Assembly: GCF_000142905.1 (NCBI RefSeq)
Contig: NW_013657629.1
Location: forward strand, 1-64,000
DNA from: Thecamonas trahens ATCC 50062
Lineage: Eukaryota > Protista > Apusomonadida
Direction of reading: 5' to 3'
Length of the DNA: 64,000 bases
The translations under genes and the position numbers were made by a program. Shown here in pieces: positions 24,351 to 35,626 of this stretch (positions are counted from its first letter, which is position 1; every line of letters starts with the position of its first letter). Below the pieces are notes generated by a model, which did not search any database, was not told where the DNA came from, and saw only the letters and a program-made list of their open reading frames with translations.

Positions 24351-27300
24351 ATGGGTGCATGTGTTTGGAGGTGGTCCATGCTGCTGGTTGTGGTGCTTGT
24401 GGCAGGACAATGTGCGGGGGCCACGGTTCGGACGGCTATTGGTAGCCCCGTCAGCCCGTCGTTCATCACCACCATGACAGTTGCCGACGACAGCATGGAC
24501 GTGAATGACGTCAATGTTCAGTTTGCACTCTCAGCAGAACAAGTAGCTGCTGTTGCCTTTGATTTCACCTCGAATTCATGGTCTTCGTCTACTTCCCTCA
24601 TTCATGTCCTTCGTACCACCGCCACAGAGCTCCGTGTGCAGAGCGTTCAGTCAACGGCGCCCTTCTTTTCTCTCGCCATCGCCTTTTTGGACATTGATGG
24701 TCTCGTTGATCCTTCTCAAGACTTTACCGCAACCTATTGGTCGACATCGGGTGTACTGGATGCCGTGCCAAAGTCATCTCCTTACGTAGTCAATGTTGCC
24801 CATACCTCGGGTGCTCCAGGCGTGCTTTCATCGCCTGTCTTGTATGATCTCCTGCAGGATGCTTGGGACCAAGACGCGCTCTACCCCAATGAGAGGCTCT
24901 TTCTCCACATCCAGCAATCTGGCTCAAACTGCGCCACAGGCGACTGCTCCATCCCGGTCTCTACCCTTCCTACTCTCACCATCGCCTACTACGAGGTTTG
25001 TCCCCTCGTCGATCTTGGCCCTGGCACCGTCACTCCGCATCCGGCCACATCCGCCGCGTATGCCCCCGTCGGCGATACGCTCAGCCTCACCTGCAATGCT
25101 GGTATGACGTTGTACAACGCCGACGGCTCCAATAAGGTCACATGCCTCGCCAATGGCGCCTACTCTCCCGGCACTCCGTACTGCGCCCCGCCGCCGCCGC
25201 CGCCGCCGCCGCCCTCGCCGCCGCCGCCGCCGCCCTCGCCGCCGCCGCCGCCGCCCTCGCCGCCGCCGCCGCCGCCTTCGNNNNNNNNNNNNNNNNNNNN
25301 NNNNNNNNNNNNNNNNNNNNNNNNNNNNNNNNNNNNNNNNNNNNNNNNNNNNNNNNNNNNNNNNNNNNNNNNNNNNNNNNNNNNNNNNNNNNNNNNNNNN
25401 NNNNNNNNNNNNNNNNNNNNNNNNNNNNNNNNNNNNNNNNNNNNNNNNNNNNNNNNNNNNNNNNNNNNNNNNGAAAGCGTCAGCAACAACTAGCGTGCGA
25501 GGAAAGAGTCCGAGAAACCTCCACCCCCTCCATCACCTCCTCCTCCGCCGCCGCCCTCGCCTCCGTCGTCGCCGCCTCCGCCGTCGCCGCCTCCGCCATC
25601 TCCGCCCACCTCTGTCTGCGGTGACGCAATCGTCACCGCGGGCATCGAGTCATGCGATGATGGCAACTCCGATTCGGGCGACGGATGCACTGCCTCGTGC
25701 CAGCTCGAGCCGGGCTACGCTTGCCTCACTCCGGGTGCACCGTGCACCACGTGCGTGCACCCCAATGGTATGGACTGCGCAGGTGTGTGTAACGGCGTCG
25801 CTGCCCTCGACTCGTGCCGTGTCTGTGCCGGCGGGACGACTGGCCGGTCGGCCAACGCCGATCGCGACGAATGTGGGGTGTGCTTTGGCGGCAACGCCGC
25901 CAAGGACGATTGCGGCTTGTGCTTTGGAGACAATGCTGCCAAGGACAGCTGCGGCGTCTGCTTTGGCTCTAACGCCACATGTGCCGGCTGCGACGGAATT
26001 CCTAACTCGGGCGCTGTCCGCGATGTATGCGGCGTGTGCGGAGGCGACAGCTCGTCCTGCCTTGGGTGCGACGGCATCCCGATTCCCTTGGGCGGCGCCC
26101 ATTTCGACGCCTGTGGCGATTGCGGCGGCAACGCCACTGTATGCTACGTCGGCTGCGACGGCGTCTACGGCTCGGGCATCCACTACGACTGCCACGGCGT
26201 GTGCGGCGGCAACGCCACCATCGACGATTGCGGCATGTGCACCGGCGGCAACGTTTCAACCCCACTCCCGTTCAACTACCACCTCGACTCGTGCGGCGTG
26301 TGCTTTGACCAGGACCTGACCTGCACCGCCTGTGCCTCTGGCGTCCTCGATGCCTGCGGCGTGTGCGACGGCGACAACTCGACATGCGTCGGCTGCGATG
26401 GGACTCTTGTCTCGGACGGCGGTGCTCTCTTTGATCTCTGTGGCGTATGTGGCGGCGACGGTACGTCGTGCATCATGGGCTGCGACGGGGTCCTCGGCTC
26501 GTCCGCCACCTACGACTGCACCGGGACTTGCAGCGGCACCGCCACCGTCGACGACTGCAATGTGTGCGCCGGCGGCAGCTCGCTCGTCCCCACCCCTGGC
26601 TTTTTCAAGGATGACTGTGGCGTTTGCTTCCGCGGAAACGCCGACGTTGACAGTTGCGGCGTGTGCTTTGGTGGCGACGCCGACCGCGATGTATGCGGGG
26701 TGTGTGGCGGAGGCGGTGCGGCGCTCGACACCTGCGGCGTCTGCTTTGGTACCAACCTTGCCATGGACGAGTGCGGCGTGTGCTACGGCAACAACAGCTT
26801 GTGCGCCAGCTGCGACGGCATTCCCAACTCGGGCCGGGTTGTCGACGCCTGCGGCGCGTGTACCTACCCGGCCCTGCCGTCAACCTGTGCCCTGGGCTCG
26901 CGCTCTTCGAGCGAATCGACCATGCTCTCGCCACTAGTCATTGTCGGTGCGGCGTGCTCGTTTGTCCTCCTTGTGGGGGTGGTCGTTGCCCTGGCGGCGC
27001 TCGCGTCGCGAATGCGGCGGTCGTCAGCGGTAGCCGCCTACGCCGCCTCGCTCGCCGACGATGCGCCGTCGGGTGAGATCTTTATCGTATCGACGGACAT
27101 CGAGTCGTCGTCGATGCTGTGGGAGCTGAACCCAGAGTCGATGGACGACGTGCTCGAGCGGCACAACGCTGTTCTGGAAAACTGCGGCCGCATGTGCGGC
27201 GGACACTTGTTCTCGACCGAGGGCGATGCGTTCTACTATGCTTTTGCCTCGCTCGAGCATGCGCTCTCATTTGCGGTTTCTGTTCAGCTCGAGCTGCTTG

Positions 27301-28781
27301 CTATCTCGTGGCCGATCTGGCTCCTCGATGCCATGCCCGACCCGTCGTCTGACGGCTCGGCCGCGCTCTGGAACGGGCTCCGGGTCCGCATCGGCATTCA
27401 CTTTGGCCGTGCCTCGGCCACCTACAACATTCGCGCCGCACGCAAAGAGTACTTTGGCGGGACCGTTCACCGCACCACAGCTGTCACCGACCTCGCTCTT
27501 GGCGGGCAGATCCTCGTCACCCGCGAGGTCATCGCCCAGTGGCTCCGCATCCTCACCGCCAAAGACTCTGGATCCGTGCCGGATGTTGTCCTCCTCCCAC
27601 TCGCCCGCGTGGCCCTCCCGGGCTTTACTGACCCGATCGAGGTCTGGGAGCTCCTCCCACGTTCGCTTGCCGGTCGAACCCGCGTTTTTCCGCGCTCGCG
27701 CATTCTCCAACGCGTCCGCTCGGTAGTTTGGCTCGACGAGGGCGACACCATCGACTCGCTTGTTGCCTCCAACTCGCTCCCGGACTCGCTGCTCAACCCG
27801 ATGGCTGCCCTCGCCGAACGCTCGTCGGCTTTACTCACCGCGCCGCACACACAAGCAACCACGTCGACGCCGACAAACGGCTCGGAAATCTTTGGCCTCC
27901 CGCATACCTCGACAACGCTCTCGGTGCCCGGCCTCGGCGTCCGGTCCTCCGAATCGTCAGCCTCAATCTACCGCCAACCGCTCCGCGGGCCGTCGACCTT
28001 TGACCTTGAGGAGCTCGTTCGCTCGGCCTCGGCTGCGTCGTCGAAGCGCTCCCGCCGTCGCCTCCGCAACGCTGCGATGGCCTCAGCCTCGCAGCGCCGT
28101 GGCTCGGGTCAAACCCGTAAGAAGTCCCGTGTCCGTCGCGCCTCGGTTGTCTCGGCTAGGGCGTCGGGCGAGTCTGTCGCCTCGCTCACCGAGCGCGAGG
28201 CCTCCCCGGCCGGCATGCTCCGCTCGCGCATCTACGCCCAGTCGCGCGACGAGCTCCTTCCCGAGCGCCACCCGCTCACCGCAACCGCATCGATTGTCGA
28301 GTCCTCCCCCGCTTTGCGTGCCACCTCTGCCGGCTTCGCCAACCATGACGTGGCCTCTGACAACAGCGACACCGACACCGACGAGCTTTCCGGCAACTTG
28401 ACCACCGAGCGCTCGTCGCCCAACACTCGCAAGCGCAACACCCGCCTCGTCCGCTCAGTCCGCCGCAAGCGCAAGATCCGGTCTGTCACCGGCAGCCGTA
28501 AGGCTGGCGATGGCGCCCCCTCTCGCGCCGCCCGCGCCACTACGAGCTCGGTCGCTGACAATGCCACCAGCATGCGGCGCACCGTTCGGTCTGCCGCCAG
28601 TTCCCGGTTCTCGGTCCACAGCGCGAGCCAGTCGCGCCGCGGCTCGCTCGCCCAGCTCCATTCCCGCATTCGCCCTGCTACCTCGACCGAGGCCACCGCC
28701 CCGGCCCTCTCTGCCCTCCTCGCACCCGCTGACTCGGCCGAGGCCAAGACCCGCGGCGTTGACTCTGATCTGAGCCTCTAG
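24351..28781 (+). CDS. Single-pass receptor-type class III nucleotidyl cyclase-like protein: signal peptide, sushi-like domain, SPPPP stalk, Cys-rich CGVC repeats, TM, cyclase domain, disordered tail
   Basis: Signal MGACVWRWSMLLVVVLVAGQCAG; CGDAIV..ESCDDGNSDSGDGC repeat; many DxCGVCxG repeats; TM near 26925-27000; cyclase motifs STDIESS, TEGDAF, GLRVRIGIH, GGQILVT. The gene spans gap 25281-25472. An in-frame stop at 25491 sits in low-quality contig-edge sequence, so joining the two halves is inferred. Confidence 0.8.
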
Positions 28782-29067
28782 GGTTCAATTGACCACGAAA
28801 CTCGCGGGCCGAGCGAGCGCGGCGTGTGTGCAGCGAGTGGTTGTCACGCAAAGGGGAGGCAGGTATGGCCCAAGATTGTTACGGCATGCAAGCAGCGACC
28901 ATCGTACGCCACGCCCAATATGCCCCTGTTTCCAACCATTGAAGCTAGCCCACCGCCAGCCTTGTCGACCGCCAGCTGTGTCGACCACCGCCGAGCCCGT
29001 GTCAGCCGACGCCACACACAAACTCACGTGCACACACCGCTCTCGCCAGCAAGCCCTGCCGCCAACC

Positions 29068-30018
29068 ATGACTGCCGACCATTCACGCTACATGCCATAC
29101 TCAACCACCTTTGCTAACGATCTTCTTTGCGGACGGACTGCGCTCATCACTGGTGGTGGCTCGGGCATTGGCCTTGGCATTGCCCGGGCCATGGTCTCGG
29201 TCGGCGCTTCAGTCGTTCTTGTTGGGCGGAGGGAGGAGGTGGTGACGGCTGCTGCAGCTGAGCTCAACGGCATCATCTCGTCGCTACCGAGCACGACCGA
29301 GGCCAAAGCTGTGGGTCTGGCCGCCGATGTGCGGAAGCCTGCCACGCTCGAGAAAGTTATGGCCTCCATCGAGGACGATGAGCAGCTGCCGCCGCTGGCT
29401 GTGGTAGTCAATGGTGCTGCAGGCAACTTTCTGGCGCTGGCCGAGGATCTCTCGCCCAACGGCTTTGCCACTGTTATGGGCATCGATGCCCTCGGGACCT
29501 TTAACGTGTGCTCGGCTGCCCTGCCGTTGCTGCGTAAAGGCGCCGAGGCGCTCGGCTCACCGGCCGTCGTCATCAACATCTCGGCCACGCTCCACAAACC
29601 GGCAACCTGGTACCAGAGTCACGCGTCGGCTGCCAAGGCTGCCATTGACTCGCTGACCCGGAGTCTGGCGCTCGAATGGGGTGCGCTCGGTGTGCGGGTG
29701 GTTGGCATTGCGCCCGGGCCCATCGCCCACACCCCGGGCTTTGCCAAGCTCGGCGGTGCTGCCGAGGGCGTCTACGACGCCATCGCTAAGGTCGTCCCTG
29801 CCGGACGTATTGGCCAGGTCACCGACATCGGCCACGCCGCGCTCTTCCTGGCCTCGGGCGGTGCCGAGTGGATCACAGGTGCGACCCTGGTTGTCGACGG
29901 CGGCGCCGTCCTCTACTCGCAGCCGATCATGCCGCGCTCGGTCGTCGCCTCCCACGCCCGCTCCGTTGAGGCCGCCTCCCGCGCCACAGGCCTCCCTGCC
30001 ACAAAGTCGCGCCTCTGA
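29068..30018 (+). CDS. DECR2: Peroxisomal 2,4-dienoyl-CoA reductase (SDR family)
   Basis: Motifs TGGGSGIG, NGAAGNF, LSPNGF, INISATL, HASAAKAAID, IAPGPI, and C-terminal PTS1 -SRL. Confidence 0.92.
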   Translation: MTADHSRYMPYSTTFANDLLCGRTALITGGGSGIGLGIARAMVSVGASVVLVGRREEVVTAAAAELNGIISSLPSTTEAKAVGLAADVRKPATLEKVMASIEDDEQLPPLAVVVNGAAGNFLALAEDLSPNGFATVMGIDALGTFNVCSAALPLLRKGAEALGSPAVVINISATLHKPATWYQSHASAAKAAIDSLTRSLALEWGALGVRVVGIAPGPIAHTPGFAKLGGAAEGVYDAIAKVVPAGRIGQVTDIGHAALFLASGGAEWITGATLVVDGGAVLYSQPIMPRSVVASHARSVEAASRATGLPATKSRL

Positions 30019-30465
30019 CGTGATGTTGGCTGCTTGTTGCGCCCACGTTTGTCTTGCGCCGCTGGTCGCTTCTCGCTGGCTCCGCGTGGCATTCATGCCC
30101 GTCACACTGCCGCATGCGACAACGTGTACATGAGGCAACTCTGACTCGACAACAACCGATGTATGCGAAGGATAACAACGGCGTGATGTCGACTGTTGCC
30201 TCGCCCGCACTGCCGTCAGCCCACGTTGCCGTGACCGAATGCGGCAGGTGCGGCAAGTCATTTTTTTTGGTGCTCCAGTCGTAGCCCTCTCGTCATTTCA
30301 CCGCCCAACACACCACTCCAGCCACACCTCTGCCAACAGACCTCTGCCAACCTTGGCCCCACCCTCGGCCCCACCCTCGCTCGCACCCCACCCCACCCCA
30401 ACTCCTTCCCCTCCTTCCCAGCCCCACACCTTTCCTGTGTCACAGGTTAGCCACACTTGGGCACC

Positions 30466-33085
30466 ATGGACTGTGTATCCTTGACTATTGATGTACGTAC
30501 CCCCCCCCCCCCCCCCCTCCCTGCTCTTCTTGTTGCCCGTACCATAGGTAGTGCGGCTACGTGCTAGGTGACCAACTTGTTTGCTTTCCGCTCGCCTGCC
30601 ATTGGTCAACGATGAAAACGTTCATTTTAACGTTCGCCTCGCTTGCCCCGCTTCCCCAATTATTTATCGTTTGTTTTTATTGATGGCATCAATGAATGCC
30701 TCCGCCCGCCCCCTCCCCCCCCTCCTTCCCTCCTTCCTCCTTCTGGTGGTTGTGGTAGTAGGCATAGCGGTAGTAAGAGCGGGATTTTGTTGAAAGTAAC
30801 CATACTGCTATGTAGTAGTATGCTTGTACTACCCCCCTATCAACTTTGTGGCTCTCAATCCTCCTTGTACCTCCCATACAGGCCGTCTGTATCCCCCCCC
30901 CCCCTGTCGCGGCTTCTTCACAAATGTCGCTTAACCACGTCTGGCCGACCCCCCCCCCCCCCCCCCCTCCACACACACACACTGCCAAGCTGTGCATCCT
31001 CTCGCGCACTCACCCCCAACCAACCAACCAACCAACTCTTTGTCGTCGCTGCTGACTGGTGCATCGGTTGGTGCAAACTGTGCTTCTCTCTCTCGCTGGG
31101 CTGGCCAACTGCTCTGCCTCTCTGTCCTTGCCGCAAATGTGGCCAACGTTGCAAAATGTCGTACTCTTTCGGGAACATGGTCACAGGTCGACAAAACGAA
31201 CTCGCCCCATCTGACACCGTATGTGTACTCGCCTTCGGTAGGAACATGGGTTCCCGTTGTCCTGCCCAAGCCGCTGAGATCAGGGCTAGAATCGGTTTCG
31301 GATGAGTTTGCCCCGTCATCACCGCGGTCGGGTGCCATGCCGTCGACGCCGAGAACAACTCTGGCTCAGCTACCGTACAGACGGAGACAACGCACTGTGT
31401 CGAACCCGGCCCAGCCGTCAGCGCTGGTGCGGGACTCGTCGCTCGCCCACGGCCGCTCGCCACTCTCGCACAAGGCGCCCGGCTCGCCCGGCTCATCATC
31501 TCAGCCATCGTCGCCGACCACGAGCCAGCCCGATGACATGGCATCGTCCGCGCCGATGCCCGGCATCGCAGCGGCGGCAGCTGTCCGCGCTGTTGCTGCC
31601 GCTGCCGCGGTCGCTGCCGCCGACGACGAGGCTGCTGCCGCCGCTACCGCTGCCGATGACTCTCCGGCGGCCGCGTCGACGAGCACTCACCCGAACCCGT
31701 CGCGGTACGTGCCGCCGCGGTCGCCGTCGTCGCTTCTCGAGGTCCTCGACGAGCCGGCCTCGCCGATCTCGCCGGTCTTCCCGTCGACGCCGTCGGCAGC
31801 GTCGTCAACCTCATCGCTGGCGTCGGCCTCAAGCATGTCGGACGTGTCGCAGCGTAGCGGGCTGGCCGAGGGCGAGGAGACGCCTTTCCGCGGGCGGGTG
31901 GCCGACGTCGAGGACGAGCTTGTGGTCCTCTCGTGGAACATCTGGTTCGGCGACGTCGCCGTCCTCTCGCGGCTACAGGCCATCGGGCGCATCGTCGACG
32001 AGGCGCGCCCCGACATTGTGGCATTGCAAGAAGTGACGCCACCAGTCCTGGCCTACCTGCTCCAGCAAAAGTGGACAAGGCGGTTCTACGTTTCAGACGG
32101 AACCGGAAACTCGCTCCACCACTACGGCGTTGTTCTCTTCTCCGTTTATCCCATGACCTCGCTCGAGATCTACGAGCTGCGCTCTCGGCTTCACCGGCGG
32201 GCCATCTTTGCCACCTATCTGCTGCCGTCGGGCGCCACTCTCTGCGTCTCGACCTCGCATCTTGAGAGCTACCCCAACGACACCAAGCTCCGCGCCGCTC
32301 AGCTGGCCCACATCTTTGGCCGCATCTCCAAGGCCACATACTCGCTGTTTATGGGCGACACCAACATGCAGCACCCGGACGAAGACGCTCTCATCGACAA
32401 GTATCCCTTTGCCGACGCCTGGCCCACCCTCTGGCCCGATAATCCCGGCTACACCGTCGACGCAAAGTCGTCTGCCATGGCCGGCAAGCCCGTCCACTCG
32501 CGCACTCTCCGTCTCGATCGCATCTTCAGCTCGGAAGGCCTCCATCCGGTCTCCATGACCCGCCTCGGCACCTCGCCCATTCCCATTGTTAAGCAGGAAG
32601 GGTTCTGCCTCGAGAAGAAGATCCCCGACGACGTCGACATTTATCCGTCAGACCACTACGGCATCCTCGCTGTCCTCGCCCTCGCGCCCATTGCGCTCTC
32701 GCGCTCGGCCTCCATCGGCTCGCGCCCGCGCTTTACGCTCGCTCCCACCCGCGTCCTCGCGCCCTCGCTTTCGTCGCCCTCTCTCGCCGCAACCTCGGTC
32801 ACAGAGCTCACCGTTGAGTTTGATCTCATGGCACTCTCGCCCTTCATCGTCGATAACCCGCCGGACTCGGACAATGCCGAACCGGCGGCTCAATCGCCGC
32901 CGGGCCCGCTGCTCTCGGCTCCGCCAACCATCGGCCTCTCGCTTGGCTTCTCGCTCGGTGGCTCCGCATCGTCCAGCGCCGACTCGGAGGACGACACCGG
33001 GCTCGCCCTCTCGGCCGACGACTCGCGCTACCACATGGAGCCACTCGAGACGCCAGCCGCCACAGAGTCGTCGCTATTTGGCTGA
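30466..33085 (+). CDS. TDP2: TDP2-like endonuclease/exonuclease/phosphatase (tyrosyl-DNA phosphodiesterase 2 family)
   Basis: Motifs SWNIWF, LQEV, TSHLES, GDTN, RLDR, PSDHYG. The 5' end is tentative: micro-exon 30466-30492 plus intron 30493-31186 (GTACGT...CAG) stays in frame. Alternative starts are ATG 31337 or later. Confidence 0.8.
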
Positions 33086-33094
33086 CTCGACACG

Positions 33095-33489
33095 TCACCG
33101 AGACTCGTCCAACTCGCCGATGAGGAACTGGGCCATCTCCTCAACCGCCTCGTCAGAGTGGTCCGCATCGTCAAATCCCTCGGTGGCGTCGTAGCCGGCA
33201 TCATCGGCAATGATGTCGCCACCAGGGTGCTCGTAAACATACGACGTCACGTCATACACCTTGCCGTCCACAATAATCCAGCAGTCATCCTCGGTGTCAT
33301 GAAGCGCCACCTCTTCCGCCGTGATCTTCCGCAGCCGCGGCTTCTCCACAGCCTCTCCGCCAGAGCTCGCCGCCGCCGCCGCCGTCACTCGCCGCCGCCC
33401 CGGCAAGCTCGCTCCCGGTCTCGCTGCCACCCCAAACACGCCCACCGAACACCAGCACTTGCTACAGTCACGCGGGCGGCACTCAGCAT
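33095..33489 (-). CDS. Soluble cytochrome b5 domain protein with putative N-terminal presequence
   Basis: EEVALHDTEDDCWIIVDGKVYDVT, HPGG and second heme His (DHS), ending FLIGEL. ATG 33489 joins the domain frame with a 1-nt correction near 33446. Confidence 0.88.
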
Positions 33490-33739
33490 GCTCTTGGTCT
33501 GACTTGGGCGAGGGGATGAGTCTGGCGACGTAGCTGACCTGCTTGCTACCTCAGACCTCATTGAGTACAGCACACTCTGCTCAACTCGACCAATCATCAG
33601 CCAAAGCCCGCCACGCCTGCCACGCCCCCCTTACCCCCATCATCAACCGATCCGCCACCCACCGCCCAGCCTTAAGCCGACTCCCCCCTTGCTTTCCAAC
33701 CTTATGCCGATTCACAGCCCATACCGAATCCTCCACGTC

Positions 33740-33772
<33 letters not shown>

Positions 33773-35626
33773 TAGCCCGATGCTCACACCGATTCCCTTC
33801 CGCAGCCCAAACGCAGCCTGATCCCCCTCCTCCCAACCCGATCCCCTTCCCCTCCAACCCGAGCTGCCCCCCCCCCCCCATCTTTGCAGCTTGCGGTAGT
33901 GTGAGCAAAATCGGGCTGTTTCAGCACAGTGCCTGGCCAGCGAAGCACAAGCGGCCAACGCACCAAGACTGCACTCCACCGAGCTCGGGACTTTCTCAAC
34001 CCAGTACGTACACCATACCTACCCATGCAGTCAATACTGGGTACATTATCTTCTAGAATGTGTCTATGTAGTATTTGTAGAGATAGAGGGGGGTGGGAGG
34101 GGGGAGGGGGGAGGAGGGGGGGGGGTAACGGTACGGTACGGTACGGTTACGGGTACGGGTACGTACGTACCGGTAACGNNNNNNNNNNNNNNNNNNNNNN
34201 NNNNNNNNNNNNNNNNNNNNNNNNNNNNNNNNNNNNNNNNNNNNNNNNNNNNNNNNNNNNNNNNNNNNNNNNNNNNNNNNNNNNNNNNNNNNNNNNNNNN
34301 NNNNNNNNNNNNNNNNNNNNNNNNNNNNNNNNNNNNNNNNNNNNNNNNNNNNNNNNNNNNNNNNNNNNNNNNNNNNNNNNNNNNNNNNNNNNNNNNNNNN
34401 NNNNNNNNNNNNNNNNNNNNNNNNNNNNNNNNNNNNNNNNNNNNNNNNNNNNNNNNNNNNNNNNNNNNNNNNNNNNNNNNNNNNNNNNNNNNNNNNNNNN
34501 NNNNNNNNNNNNNNNNNNNNNNNNNNNNNNNNNNNNNNNNNNNNNNNNNNNNNNNNNNNNNNNNNNNNNNNNNNNNNNNNNNNNNNNNNNNNNNNNNNNN
34601 NNNNNNNNNNNNNNNNNNNNNNNNNNNNNNNNNNNNNNNNNNNNNNNNNNNNNNNNNNNNNNNNNNNNNNNNNNNNNNNNNNNNNNNNNNNNNNNNNNNN
34701 NNNNNNNNNNNNNNNNNNNNNNNNNNNNNNNNNNNNNNNNNNNNNNNNNNNNNNNNNNNNNNNNNNNNNNNNNNNNNNNNNNNNNNNNNNNNNNNNNNNN
34801 NNNNNNNNNNNNNNNNNNNNNNNNNNNNNNNNNNNNNNNNNNNNNNNNNNNNNNNNNGTAGCGTCAGAGGGGGGGGAACAGCAGCAGCATACCAAGGTGG
34901 TTGGTGAAGGAGGCCATGTACTGGCAATGACAATCAATGGCAGTGGCAAGGAACGCTAGTGTCCAATTTTTGCCTGTTCTGCTGAAGGGAGGGGGGGGGT
35001 GGGAAGGGGGAGGGGTATGGTTGGGGCAATGGGGTGGTGTAGGGAGGGAGGGGGAAGGGGAGGGAGTAGGAGGGAGGAGGGGGGGGGGGTTATTTGGGGG
35101 GGTGGGGGTTAGTTAGGGGGGGTTGATGGAGGTGGCTGGGGGAGGTGGGAGGGAAGGGTTCGGTCGGTGCGTGGGGCGGCACAGGTCATGGAGCGGGTGA
35201 CGGTGGAGGGGTTGGGGATAGTGGAGATGGAGGTTGGGGGCGTGGGCGTGGAGAGTAGAGGGAGTAGGGGGGAGGGGGGCGAACCTGGTCTGGCTTTTAG
35301 TCATCGCTACTATGGTCGTGCCCACGTCTCGTTCTCCTCGTCCAACCCCATCTTCATGCCCTGGTCGTCGTCATCGTCGTCGTCATCGTCATCGTCATCG
35401 TCATTGTGACCATGATCATAATCATAACCAATATGATTGTCATGATGGTGATGATGGTGGTAGGGAGAGAGAGAGAGAGAGTATGGCAGACTAGTGACTC
35501 ACAGAGTAGTTGGTGGGGGGAGGGGATTAGTGTCCACGGAACCGCGTGGACACCCTCGTTTGTCTAATGTCAACGCACGCGGACGGAGGTCGTCGCTTGG
35601 AGGCTCGCTGTTGGCGATTCGGGCAG

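Noticed and set aside
12893-30018. ABCD3 and DECR2 as a peroxisomal gene cluster
   Set aside because: Separated by several unrelated genes, so chance proximity is sufficient.
34125-34178. GTACG-rich repeats as telomere-like sequence
   Set aside because: Irregular, short and abutting an N gap; likely simple repeat or poor-quality contig end.
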